Shown here piece after piece: positions 1 through 11,686 of a stretch of 64,000 nt of DNA. The stretch is from Octopus vulgaris. Taxonomy: Eukaryota. The first letter of the stretch is position 1. Each line of letters starts with the position of its first letter. The notes beneath the pieces were generated by a model. It did no database searches and was not told the origin of the DNA. It saw nothing but the letters and a program-made list of their open reading frames with translations. The translations under genes and the position numbers were made by a program. The DNA lies in NCBI GenBank assembly GCA_951406725.2, contig OX597834.1, forward strand, positions 11,966,001 through 12,030,000, read 5' to 3'.

Positions 1-269
1 GAAGCGTGCTCTTTAAGTGATATAAGCATTAAATAGATTTTTAAAAATATAGAAAAAAAATACTTAGTTTCCATTAAGCAATATGGATGGCATACTACAT
101 AGAATTAATAATTATCAATAAAATAAAAAAAAAAAGTTTATTCTAGTAAGGTCTTTATCTTAAACACCTTATTCGTGGTATGAAATAATGGAAAAAAATT
201 TAGGCCATCATAAAGATATACATCTTATAGACGTCTATCTATCTCTTTCTCTCACTTTCTATATGATTC

Positions 270-318
<49 letters not shown>

Positions 319-461
319 CATACATACACATATATATACATACATATACATACATATACATATATATACATACATATACATATATATACATACATACACA
401 TATATACACATACATACATATATATATATATACGTACATACATATATATACATACATATAC

Positions 462-492
<31 letters not shown>

Positions 493-799
493 CATATATA
501 CATACATATACATATATACATACATATCTATATATACATATATATATACATACATATCTATATATACATATATATATACATACATATCTATATATACATA
601 TATATATATACATACATATCTATATATACATATATATATACATACATATCTATATATATACATATATATACATATCTATATATACATATATATATATATA
701 CATACATATATATACATATCTATATATACATATATATATATACATATCTATACATATATACATACATATATACATACATATACATATATATATATAAAT

Positions 800-842
<43 letters not shown>
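270..842. repeat. (TA)n/(TACA)n compound microsatellite
   Basis: Directly visible low-complexity tract; explains the YIYI/HTYI pseudo-ORFs. Confidence 0.97.
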
Positions 843-1352
843 CCCCAACATATGTACAGTACACCCCAAATGCATTAAACATTACGCACACAATACATAC
901 TGTACCCTAGCATAACCACTCCCAAGACTTTATCCTTTACAGAGAGAAAACGAACACAGCATTATATACCTACGCCCCCGAAAACAATTATGCATGGCAC
1001 CACTACACATATCACACCCCACATCTCGACAGGAGCACCACATTCATAATACAAACCTTCACCATTTCAAGATGATACTTTCTGGCTTCCCAGCATACCC
1101 ACTCTAGTGTAATAACCCTAAGCTAATCCCCTAGCCTCTTTTTCGTTGCACCACTTTTTCATAGGAGCCTCTGACGGGTTGTGCTCTTCCCCTTCCGACA
1201 ATAAAGACCAGTTGCCATATTCCCTTCCACATCGGCTAACTGTGATGAGCGTAAAGTCATATAACCGGCTTGTTACCTAACGCTCCATTAATACCTTTAT
1301 GCGAAACCGGTTGGTAAAATTAGCCGTAATGGATATTTAATACTATACTTTT

Positions 1353-1356
<4 letters not shown>
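843..1356 (+). mobile_element. Penelope-like element terminal segment (putative pseudo-LTR) carrying a hammerhead-like motif
   Basis: Complex-sequence island bounded by (TA)n on both sides, with a type I hammerhead-like fold near its right end (1233-1326). PLE assignment is inferred from the known PLE-hammerhead association; no RT or GIY-YIG coding is visible. Confidence 0.45.
1233..1326 (+). ncRNA. type I hammerhead-ribozyme-like motif, C3>G variant core
   Basis: Stem I cggcta/tagccg plus act/ggt; core gtgatga (1242-1248); 8-bp stem II gcgtaaag/ctttatgc; GAAA 1303-1306; palindromic accggt followed by t. Confidence 0.6.
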
Positions 1357-1398
<42 letters not shown>

Positions 1399-1577
1399 TG
1401 CGAAGTAGATAAAATAAGAGATAACTGATGAAGGTAATGTTCTTTATGTTCCGTCTCTCGTTTCTCTGTTTCTTTGTTTCTTCTTCTGTTCGAAAAAAAA
1501 TTATTCGTTTTTTGCCTTTCATGTTCTCGTTTCATATTTTGCCTATGTTTTTCTTTCTGATGTCCAGTTCCCATTTA

Positions 1578-1927
<350 letters not shown>

Positions 1928-2304
1928 GAATGTTCATCTTTGCAGTTAAAAGTGTAATTTTATAACAAAAAGTAAGGAAAAACCTTAAATAAGCGTATAT
2001 ATTTGTTTACTCCGACACATGTTCGCAGACACCCCCCACAACCCCACACAAGCTCACTAACAAATGCATATTTTCTCTCCCCCCCTCTCTCTCTCACGCA
2101 TCACACTTACACAGAGCATTCATGCAAGCCCATACACGCACATATTTAAAAACTGTAATTTAAAAGCATAATAATCTTTCTACATTACCGTCTGAAAAAA
2201 ATCCGGAAAACCCTGGTATAAGATCCCTCAACCACAGAAGGTAATAATAAAAGTATTAAATTCCAACTAAGGTCTTTAAGGTGACAGATAAAGAAAAAAT
2301 GCCA

Positions 2305-2420
2305 GAATCGATTATATCGACCTTTCTACTTGATTGCTACTTATTTAATCGAACACGAGAATAATGATAGAAAATATCAAAGAAGTGTTTTGGCAGGATA
2401 TTAACTCACAATGTAATATG
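2305..2420 (-). mobile_element. highly degenerate SINE family B fragment
   Basis: gattatatcgac...tacttatttaatcga...ttaactcacaatgtaa resembles the reverse complement of the family B core. Confidence 0.4.
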
Positions 2421-2504
2421 ACGTAACAATACAGCGAACCATACACAAAGGTGGCTTTTGAGCGATTTCTCAAAGAAACGCCGTCCTTGAAGGAAATGGT
2501 GGCG

Positions 2505-3210
2505 GTGTTGGTGGGGATGATGATAACGAAGATGGCGATGGTGATTATGATAATGGTGATGATGATGATGACGAAGACGACGACGATGAAGATGGCGGCG
2601 TGACGCAGTCTGTTATGAACGTGATGATGATGATGATGAAGGTAGTGGCCATGAAAATGATGATAATGATGAGGATATTGACGATGATGATGGTGATGAT
2701 GATGATGATACTGATGTTGATGACGATATTCATGGTGATGATGATGACTATGATATTGGTGGTGATGATGACGATGATATTGTTGATGATGATGATATTG
2801 ATGATGACGATGATATTGATGATGATGATGATATTGATGATGATGATATTGATGATGATGATATTGATGATGATGATGATATTGATGATGATGATATTGA
2901 TGATGATGATATTGATGATGATGATGATGATGATGATATTGATGATGATGATGATATTGATGATGATGATATTGATGATGATGATATTGAGGATGATGAT
3001 GACGATGACGATGAAGATGAAGATGATGATGATGATGACGACGATGACGCTACTGCTGACGATGATGAAGATGTTGATGACGATGATAACGATGACAACA
3101 AGACGGTGATGACCTTAATGATTATGAGGATTATGTTAATGAGGACGAGGACGACGATGATGATGATGACGCGATTATGATGATGATGATGATGATGATT
3201 ATAATGACGA
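2505..3210. repeat. (GAT)n/(GAC)n trinucleotide tract
   Basis: Directly visible; gives the poly-M/poly-S pseudo-ORFs. Confidence 0.95.
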
Positions 3211-3579
3211 CACTGACAATAATGATCATAGTGGTGGTGGTGATTGTACCGGAGCGGGTGATATTGCTGATGGTCACATAGTTCTCGACCGAGATCACAG
3301 TTAGTGTCACCATGGTGATGATTATCTTCGAGACTACGCGAAAAAAAAAAAAGATTAATGCTGCAGGTGGTTCTGATGGTGAAATTTCGTTGTTGTAGGA
3401 ATGCTAGAAGTAGTAATTGTTGTACGTGCAGTAGTATGTGTTGTGCTCAAAATAGTACCTGGAATAGAAGTAGTAGCGGTAGTAGTAGCATCAGTAATAT
3501 AGCAGTGATAAGAATATTAACAATACGAAAAAGGTGAAGTATTAGAGGAAGAAGCAGAAGAAAAAACAAGAGAAAGAAC

Positions 3580-3776
3580 TAGTATTAGTGGTAGTAGTAG
3601 TAGTGAGTGTTGTAGTAGTAAGTGCAGTAGTAGTAAGTGTAGTAGTTGTAATTGTAGTAGTAGCAGCACCAGGTGCATAATCAGTAGTAGTAACAGCAGT
3701 AGTACCAGTTGTAGTAGCACCAGCACCACCATCACTAGCAGTATTATCATCATTATCACCATCATCATTATTACTA

Positions 3777-3815
<39 letters not shown>

Positions 3816-3861
3816 GTAGTAGTAGTAGTAGTAGTAGTAGTAGCAGCAGCATCAGCAGCAA

Positions 3862-3905
<44 letters not shown>

Positions 3906-4240
3906 AAAGATGAGGATAACGATGTTTATGCTGAAAGAGAAGAAGTATGACAGCTATGTCAGCGATGGTTGTAATGGTTATGATGTTGACGATCATCATC
4001 ATCATTATCATCATTAACATTGTGATGGTTATGATAATGGTGTATGTGGCGGAGGCTGATGATGATGATGGCGGCGGCGGCGATGATAACTGTGAAATTA
4101 TGAAGATGACGATGTCGACGACGATGAAGAAGGCCCTGATCATCATCCTGATGATGATCACGATGATGGTGCTGGTGGTGTTGGTGGTGGTGGTAAGAAT
4201 GATGATTACGAAGGCTATGATGATGCTACTGCTGCCGATG
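3580..4240. repeat. mosaic (TAG)n/(TAT)n/(CAG)n/(GAT)n trinucleotide tract
   Basis: Directly visible. Confidence 0.9.
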
Positions 4241-4824
4241 TTATAAAAACCAAAGCAGTTTCCATTATTGATTACCAGTGATTTATTGTCAATTTATTGG
4301 TGTTGGTTCCATCGAACTCAGCTTTTATGTGTTTTCACTCTTATTTATTGTTTCAAATTTATTGTTCTTTTCCTTTTTTTAATATTATATTATATTCAAA
4401 AGCCGAAGAAGCCAAACTGATGTTTTTCGCTCTTTTTTTAAAACTTGGTTATGTTTCCTTAAATTATACATATATTTTTTTTCTCATTTTTCCTTGCTGT
4501 TTTCATACCAGCGATATTGGAAGAGTATTAAAAAAAATATACACTCTCTCAGGGCGAGAGGAAAAAAATAACTAGACAAAACATTTTATTTAACCATTGT
4601 TTTCAGTGTAAAAACCAAGGGTGATCGATAGATAACCGTGAAACAATAAACCGAGGATTTACTCCAGACATGATGTGGGTTGCCGCTGGAGATGGAAGGT
4701 GTTGGGATAACGAGACGGTGGAAGATAGGGAAATCGAGCGAGAGGGAGAGGGACAGAGTGGGGAAAAAAGTGAGATAGACAAGAGGGTGAAATAGTTCTT
4801 GATTCATTATATTTTCAACCTCCA

Positions 4825-5249
4825 AAATGGCGGCGAGCTGGCAGAAACGTTAGCAGGCCGGGCGAAATGCGTAGCCGTATTTCGTCTGTCGTTACGTTCC
4901 GAGTTCAAGTTCCGCCGGAGTCGACTTTGCCTTTCATCCTTTCGGGGTTGATAAATTGAGTACCAGCGACGCACTGGGGTCGATATAATCGACTAAATAC
5001 TTATGTCTATCTTTGTTTGTCCGCTCTATGTTTAGCCACTTGTGGGTAATAAAGAAATGCGTATTTCGTTTGTCGTTACGTTCCGAGTTCAAATTCCGCC
5101 AGGGTCGACTTCGCCTTTCATCCTTTCGGGGTCGATAAATTAAGTACCACTTACACACTGGGGTCGATGTAATCGACTTAATCCCTTTGTCTGTCTGTCC
5201 TTGTTTGTCCCCTCTGTGTTTAGCCCGTTGTGGGTAATAAAGAAATAGG
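4825..5249 (+). mobile_element. tRNA-derived SINE family B (young form), head plus 2 tandem body units, 15-bp TSD
   Basis: A-box-like tggcagaaacgttag, B-box-like gagttcaaattcc, core gcctttcatcctttcggggtcgataaattaagtacc; direct repeat tattttcaacctcca at 4810-4824 and 5250-5264. Confidence 0.9.
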
Positions 5250-5325
5250 TATTTTCAACCTCCAGTCTTATATGTTTCATCTGCTGTCGAGTTTTTACTT
5301 TATCATGCACACAATATTTTCATAA

Positions 5326-5593
5326 GGGCCGGTTTCCCGTTTTCCTTGGCGTATAGGTTCCCCACCTGGATGGGACGCCGGTCCGTCGCAGGTGAGCTGC
5401 AAGATTTAAGAGGAAAGATTGAGAGAAAGTTGTGGCGAAAGAGTCAGCATAAGTACGCCATGACTTCCTGCCAGAACCGCGTGGAGCTTAGGTGTTTCAC
5501 TCATAAACACACACATTGCCCTGTCTAAGATTCAAACCTGCGATCTCTCAACCGCGAGTCCGCTACTCTAACCACTAGGTCATGTACCTGCAC
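5326..5593 (-). mobile_element. tRNA-derived SINE family D with V-domain-like 3' part
   Basis: Reverse complement starts gtgcagg..tgacctagtggttagag (A box), then ggtttgaatc (B box); 3' part cgacggaccggcgtcccatccaggtggggaac is shared with 50575-50640. Confidence 0.75.
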
Positions 5594-5631
5594 GTCACTA
5601 GTTATAGAGCTAGATAAAAATATGAGATAAT

Positions 5632-6065
5632 ATTAATTTCAAGATTTGACACAAGATCAGTAAATTTTAATGAGAGAGAGATTGAGAGAGAGCGAGCGAG
5701 AGAGAGAGAAATAGTAAATGTATAACATCGATGCCAGTGATTTATTGGTTATTGTTTTATCGACTACCGAAAGGATGAAAAGCTAAGTTGGAATTTGAAC
5801 TCAGAACATCAAGAATGAAAAATGCTGCTAAGCATTTTGTTCGGTATTTTAACGATTCTACCAACGCATGTCCGCTAAATTCACCGTCATCAATTCACCG
5901 TTATATTATCAATAAACTAGATTTTACCTGTTAATGGTGAGATATTAACTATGGATATATTTTCTGGGAAATCTTTCTTCGCGGTGAACTTTTCTTATGG
6001 TGGAACTTTCATCATAGGGAACTGATGGCGGTGAATTTTTCTGTAATCCTGCCAGCTCACCACCA
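5632..6065 (-). mobile_element. old SINE family B copy interrupted by a (GA)n tract and a small inverted-repeat element
   Basis: cgaaaggatgaaa, ggaatttgaactcagaac, gctaagcatttt, aacgattct and ctgccagctcaccacc match the family B reverse complement. Confidence 0.65.
5877..6038. mobile_element. MITE-like insert with 20-bp inverted repeats
   Basis: aaattcaccgtcatcaattc (5877-5896) versus gaactgatggcggtgaattt (6019-6038), 18/20 complementary. Confidence 0.5.
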
Positions 6066-6754
6066 TTATTTATGAGATAATATTACGGACCACGTTCAGG
6101 CAACAATGCTCTTCTCATTACATGTGATGTACTAGTGAATGTCTAAAAAAACACTCGAAAATTATGTTTTGTTTTAAAACTTGAGATTACATAGAAAGTA
6201 TTTACCATACAAATATGGTAACATGCAGGGTTTATTAAGTAGTTTTGTATCACATTTGAAATAGAAATGCTTCACTCCGTTTTAAAAAAAAATATAACCT
6301 AAACAGAAGCGGAGAAGTTTTCAACTGTCATAGGTAGTGTAGAGGAGGAGGCCCAAACAGCTCTTCTGCGAGAATCACAAGTACAAAAATCATATAAGAA
6401 TAAGGTTTGTAGTTGGAAAGGCTCAAAAGAAGCTATTCTCCAGAGATCCAGATAAGTCTCCTTCTCTCATTGTAGGGAAACGGAGAATGTGTTGAGAATA
6501 ATATGATACTGCAGGAACGATAATACTGCAGTATATTTTAGAAAAGGAGTCATTCTTATGGCATTCTAGTGAAGAATCAATGCATTTTAGAATGTTTATC
6601 CAACGTCGTATCAGAAATCACTCGGGAACAATGCGAAATAAATTTCAAATATTACATGTTCAGACATTACTTTCCTGTTTTTCAAATACTTTTCACTTAT
6701 TTCTAGGAAAAAGTTTTCATTACTTAATGTAATATCTACAACGGTATATCGTAA

Positions 6755-6855
<101 letters not shown>

Positions 6856-6963
6856 ATATAAGTGCCTTGTTGATAAACATCTATATATGTTTGATCAAAT
6901 ATATTTGTATGCCCATTAAGAAAATGATCCTATATATCCGGCAGTACATACATGCATACATAC

Positions 6964-7002
<39 letters not shown>

Positions 7003-8027
7003 TATACACATATATATATTCATATAAATATGTATATTCATATAAATACACACACACACACACACACACATATGTATGTATATATACACGCATACGTACA
7101 TAGACGCCTAAAAACATGTTGATGTGTGTGCGTTCGTTACTAAATCTAGTATGATTTTCGGCAAGTATACACTTGTAATGATATTGTCTGAAATTGCTTA
7201 CGATGAGAACAATATCACTTAAGAGATTGGCTAATTCAATGGTGTTTGACACGTTATTGATAGGGGAAATGGTTTTGTCTTCAGCTGAATTAGAAATAAG
7301 TGCAACTGAACGCAAACTATTTTAAAGTCTAACACAATACATCCTCCACACATCACATTTAATATGATAGAAAATTTTAATAATTCACAACCATAAACCA
7401 CCAGAAAATCCAAAAATCCAAACCCAAATGTAAGCGAAATAGATAAACTGGAAAGAAAACCATTTTAGAAATAAATGCTTGCTTGTTATATTGCTCTAAG
7501 TTGGATGCAGCAAGGAAGAAGCTTTATAATCAATTTCCTGACTTGACAGCAGTCTCGGTCGGCAATCCATTAAATATATCATATATGTATTTATGTGAAG
7601 GAAACATTTATTTATATAAGTGAAAGCTGTTGTATTTACGAAGTATAATTGTCACATTTCTACACTCTAAAAGTACACTGGAGATATTTGGAAAAGGCAC
7701 GTATTGTCGTGTTAATAAATGAAATATATAACATGAGATTGTATTTGGGAATGTTATATCAAAATTTCGCTTTTAATTAACGCTTATAAGTACTGTTCGT
7801 CCATATGATCTTTCTCAAGATGATGAGTAAAAGGAGATTTAGGAAGACCAGACCATGTTTTATCATTGCTCAACTGTGTGTGCCTATATGTATGTGTATA
7901 CGAACAGACATGCCCACACATAAACATACACACAAGTACATTCACACACAATATATATATACATGTGTGTATATGAATATATATATATATATATATACAT
8001 ATACACACATACACACATGTGTGTATA

Positions 8028-8084
<57 letters not shown>

Positions 8085-8093
8085 GTGTGTATA

Positions 8094-8148
<55 letters not shown>

Positions 8149-8175
8149 GTGTGTATATGCATATATAAATATATA

Positions 8176-8360
8176 TAGTTAATCCAAACATGAAAACAAC
8201 AACGCGAGGACGTGTAACAAATATAGTATTATTGGACGCTCAGGAAAGAAGGAGGGTTTAACGTTTCGAGCGGAGCTTTTCGTCAGAAACATAGGAAAAG
8301 GAAAGATCCGAAGAAGGGAAGACGGAAGAAAAAAATCGCCAACAGTACACACGCGGTCAC
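8176..8360 (-). mobile_element. Penelope-like fragment with minimal hammerhead motif
   Basis: Island between microsatellites; the minus strand reads gttt-CTGACGA-a-aagc-tcc-gctc-GAAA-cg-tt-aaac (8256-8290); shares gtatta..tgg.cgctcagga with the 34766 and 43061 copies. Confidence 0.6.
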
Positions 8361-8373
8361 ATGTGTGTGTGTA

Positions 8374-8413
<40 letters not shown>

Positions 8414-8468
8414 AAAATCTATTTTCCATGACGATGTGGCAGTCCTACGCAGGACCCTGTTACTACTT

Positions 8469-8499
<31 letters not shown>

Positions 8500-8548
8500 A
8501 TGTACATATATGTGTGCGTGTGCATATATGTGTGTGTGTGTGTGTGTA

Positions 8549-8585
<37 letters not shown>

Positions 8586-8635
8586 AAATCATTTATTCAC
8601 ATACATATTCGTGTACTCAGAAAGTACTTCACGCG

Positions 8636-8948
8636 CGTTTACTGACGAGTTTTCAAGTCGATCCCGTCAGCGGATCAGCCTGCTCGTGAAATTAACGTGT
8701 ACGTTGTTGAGTACTCCGTAAACACTAGTACTCTTAGCTTCTTTCTCAGGGAAACTGACCGTAATACTGAACGTCGCAAGGCTGGCCCTTTGAAATATAG
8801 GTACTACACCTATTTGAGAGGCCCGTGTATTGGAGCAACGTGGGATAAATTGTCTTGCTTAAGCTCACAACACGTTGCCAGAGATCGAACTCACGACCTT
8901 ACGATCATGAGCCGAACGCCCCTAACCACTAAGCCACTCGTCTTCACT
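8636..8948 (-). mobile_element. tRNA-derived SINE family E
   Basis: Reverse complement head gtggcttagtggttaggg...ctcatgatcgtaaggtcgtgagttcgatc, then a CORE-like segment; body matches 32240-32500 and 43383-43665. Confidence 0.8.
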
Positions 8949-9079
8949 TGTGTATATACACGTAAATGCGCTCATTTGTTGGATATGATAATTCTTCATG
9001 ATAATCTGGAATCGTACATTTGTAATGGTATCGTATTACGTTCTTTTAGACGTAAACCTCATTGAAGCGATTGTCCAAT

Positions 9080-9560
9080 ACGATGGTGACGACGATGAAC
9101 AGATGATGATGATGAGGAGGAGGATGTGGATGAGGAAGTAGTGGAGGAGGTGGTGTTATTGGTGGTGATTGTAGTGGTGGTGGTGGTGGTTGTGGTGTTG
9201 CTGTTAGTGGTGGTGGTCGTGGATGTGGTTGTGGTGGTGGTGGAGGTAGTGGTGGTGGTGGATGTAATGGTAGTGGAGGTGGTTGGTGGTGGTGGAGGTG
9301 GAGGTGGTTGTGGTTGTGGATGTGGTGGATGTGGTTGTGGATGTGGTGGTGGTGGTGGTGGAGGTAGTGGTGGATGTAATGGTGGTGGAGGTGGTGGTAG
9401 TAGTGGAGGTGGAGGTGGTGGTAGTGGAGGTGGTGGTAGTGGAGGTGGTCGTCGTGGTGGACGACGGCAAAGCCAACGGTAACGACAACGACGATCAAGA
9501 TGATGATGCGGGGGAGGCGGCAGAGGAAGAGGAGGAAGAGGAGGAGGTGGTGGTGGAGTA
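9080..9560. repeat. (GGT)n/(GGA)n-rich trinucleotide tract
   Basis: Directly visible; all frames give homopolymeric peptides. Confidence 0.93.
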
Positions 9561-10285
9561 GAGTGAGAGGCAGTTGAGCAAGAGGAGCATAAGAATGAGT
9601 ATGAGGCGAGAGTTGGTTGTGCTACAGCTGTTGGTGTTGTGGATCACTGTTACACGGAAAAGGGGAACAAAAGGAAATGTGCAATTATAAAATTTGATGC
9701 TGGAGATGATAAGAATTACTGAAATCTAATATTTCCTATGGAATACATCACCTGACCAGAGATATTTCATCTGTCGTTTTCGATTAGACGGACAAATATT
9801 CACTCTTAATTTGTACATCGACTGCCGTTGACCAAGGTCCAACGGTGAATATGAAGGGTGGAGAAATAAGGGTAGGAAGTGTAGCCAAAACGTAGGTTAT
9901 AGAACAAATCCCTTTTGCCAACAAGGACTATTTTGGGGTAACTTGTTGAATGATAACAATCTGTACTACACAAGGTATTCTGTCTTGCGATAGGCCCAGA
10001 AAATATGTCTGTTGAACGGAAGTTCTCTTTGTATTAACGTTCCCATAGTTTCATCTCCAGTTTTGTTTGCTGCGGATAGCGACCTTTTCTTGTGTTTGTG
10101 AATGGCATTTGTTAGATAGAAACCAAATTTAAAGATCCCTCGTGTGTTTGTGCGATAATGAATATGTGTGTGAATGCATGAGAGTGTAAGCGTTCTATTG
10201 CGTCTCTGTTCCACTTTGTGAGCACACGTTTAGTTCGCTTAACGATCGACACTTTACAGTTCACCAATAGTGAATTAGAATTATA

Positions 10286-10459
10286 CAGGAGGGGCTGTAT
10301 GGTAAGTTGCTTGCTAACCAACCACATGGTTGCGGGTTCAGTCCCACTGCGTGGCATCATAGGCAAGTGTCTTCTGCTATAGCCCCGGGCCGACCAATGC
10401 CTTGTGAGTGGATTTGGTAGACGGAAACTGAAAGAAGCCTGTCGTATATATGTATATAC

Positions 10460-10495
<36 letters not shown>

Positions 10496-10704
10496 TCGTG
10501 TGTCTGCGTTTGTCCCCCTAGCATTGCTTGACAACCGATGCTGGTGTGTTTACGTCCCCGTAACATAGCGGTTCGGCAAAAGAGACCGATAGAATAAGTA
10601 CTGGGCTTACAAAGAATAAGCCCCGGGGTCGATTTGCTCGACTAAAGGCGGTGCTCCAGCATGGCCGCAGTCAAATGACTGAAACAAGTAAAAGAGAAAA
10701 GAGA
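10286..10704 (+). mobile_element. tRNA-derived SINE family A, full length
   Basis: Head ggctgtatggtaag...gggttcagtccc, CORE-like ggcaagtgtctt, internal (TA)n(TG)n, LINE-like tail ggcggtgctccagcatggccgcagtcaaatgactgaaacaagtaaaagag; more than 10 copies or fragments in the window. Confidence 0.92.
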
Positions 10705-11160
10705 GAAATCGAAAAAGAAATCTTATATCTAGTAGGAATGATGGTGTCTGAACAGGGGCAAAGTAGATTCACAGAAAGAGAGGAAAATGAAATAACAAAA
10801 AAGGATTAATATCCTATCAGGAAATATCCTGTTGGTCATAGCCAGAGAGTTATCAATCGCAGATGAACTGGGCAAATTACGAAACTGACAACAATTATAG
10901 CAAAAACTGCATCTTCGACAGCAAGCATTTTATCTCCCACATTGCCGAGGTTGTCACCTAAACCATCCGTCAAATATTTAGAAAATAACTCGCAATTTAG
11001 CTATGGCCGGTTATCGTTGTCATTTTGTCATGAAAGTTGTTTCGCTGGCGTTGTTTAATGCGCTCGATTTGACATTTATTGCTAGTGACGCTATAAATAT
11101 TCTTTCAATTATTTTATCCAAGAATTTAAGAAATTTGAGCAGTGCATATCACATTTGCAG

Positions 11161-11235
11161 AGACCGCTGTCAAAAGAGTGACACTGAAGGAACCACCGCC
11201 CAGTGGGAACCACTGCAACAGGAGCGTACGTATTA
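11161..11235 (+). other. candidate 75-nt internal exon of an unknown gene
   Basis: Acceptor acatttgcag ends at 11160, donor gtaagt starts at 11236; length divisible by 3; GC-richer than flanks; two open frames (e.g. TAVKRVTLKEPPPSGNHCNRSVRI). No homology recognised. Confidence 0.35.
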
Positions 11236-11686
11236 GTAAGTAGCTTGTCTGGTCAGAATACTTGAAACGAAATCTATTCTGCAAATGCACGCAGTTGACT
11301 GTGTTCTTCACGTTGTTCCATATTTTGCTTAACTCCATTTTAACTCCGATTAAGCAGACATGTATTCGATAGGGTTCATATAATTACCATCAACATTATA
11401 TAAACACAAAATGCATCTAGTTCTACCATATTTAATGTAATTTCTTACCATTTTTATTTTACTGTGGTAAGCGCTATCTATCTACAGGACAAATTTTTCG
11501 AGTTCTCAGTCAGGTAAGATGAATGAATAAAATGATCTAACTGGATGTTCAACTGATATCAGTTTCAAGCAATCGAAAATCAGGTGTTTATATTTAAAGA
11601 CATGTCCGATAAATAAAATATATAGAACAATAACGGAAAACGCAAAATCCAGAAAAGTACTATGAGGCATTTTGGAATGGTATATT

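Noticed and set aside
239-915. YIYI/HTHT-type ORFs here and throughout the window
   Set aside because: Translations of dinucleotide and tetranucleotide microsatellites that lack stop codons; open in several frames on both strands.
1420-1500. ctgatga as another hammerhead core
   Set aside because: No stem II or properly placed GAAA/UH; at most a repeat end.
2600-3109. Poly-Met/Asp/Ser ORFs suggesting an acidic or biomineral protein
   Set aside because: (GAT)n expansion with no splice or domain context.
9046-9561. Gly-, His/Pro- and Thr-rich ORFs resembling structural proteins
   Set aside because: (GGT)n-derived tract open in most frames, with no flanking gene structure.
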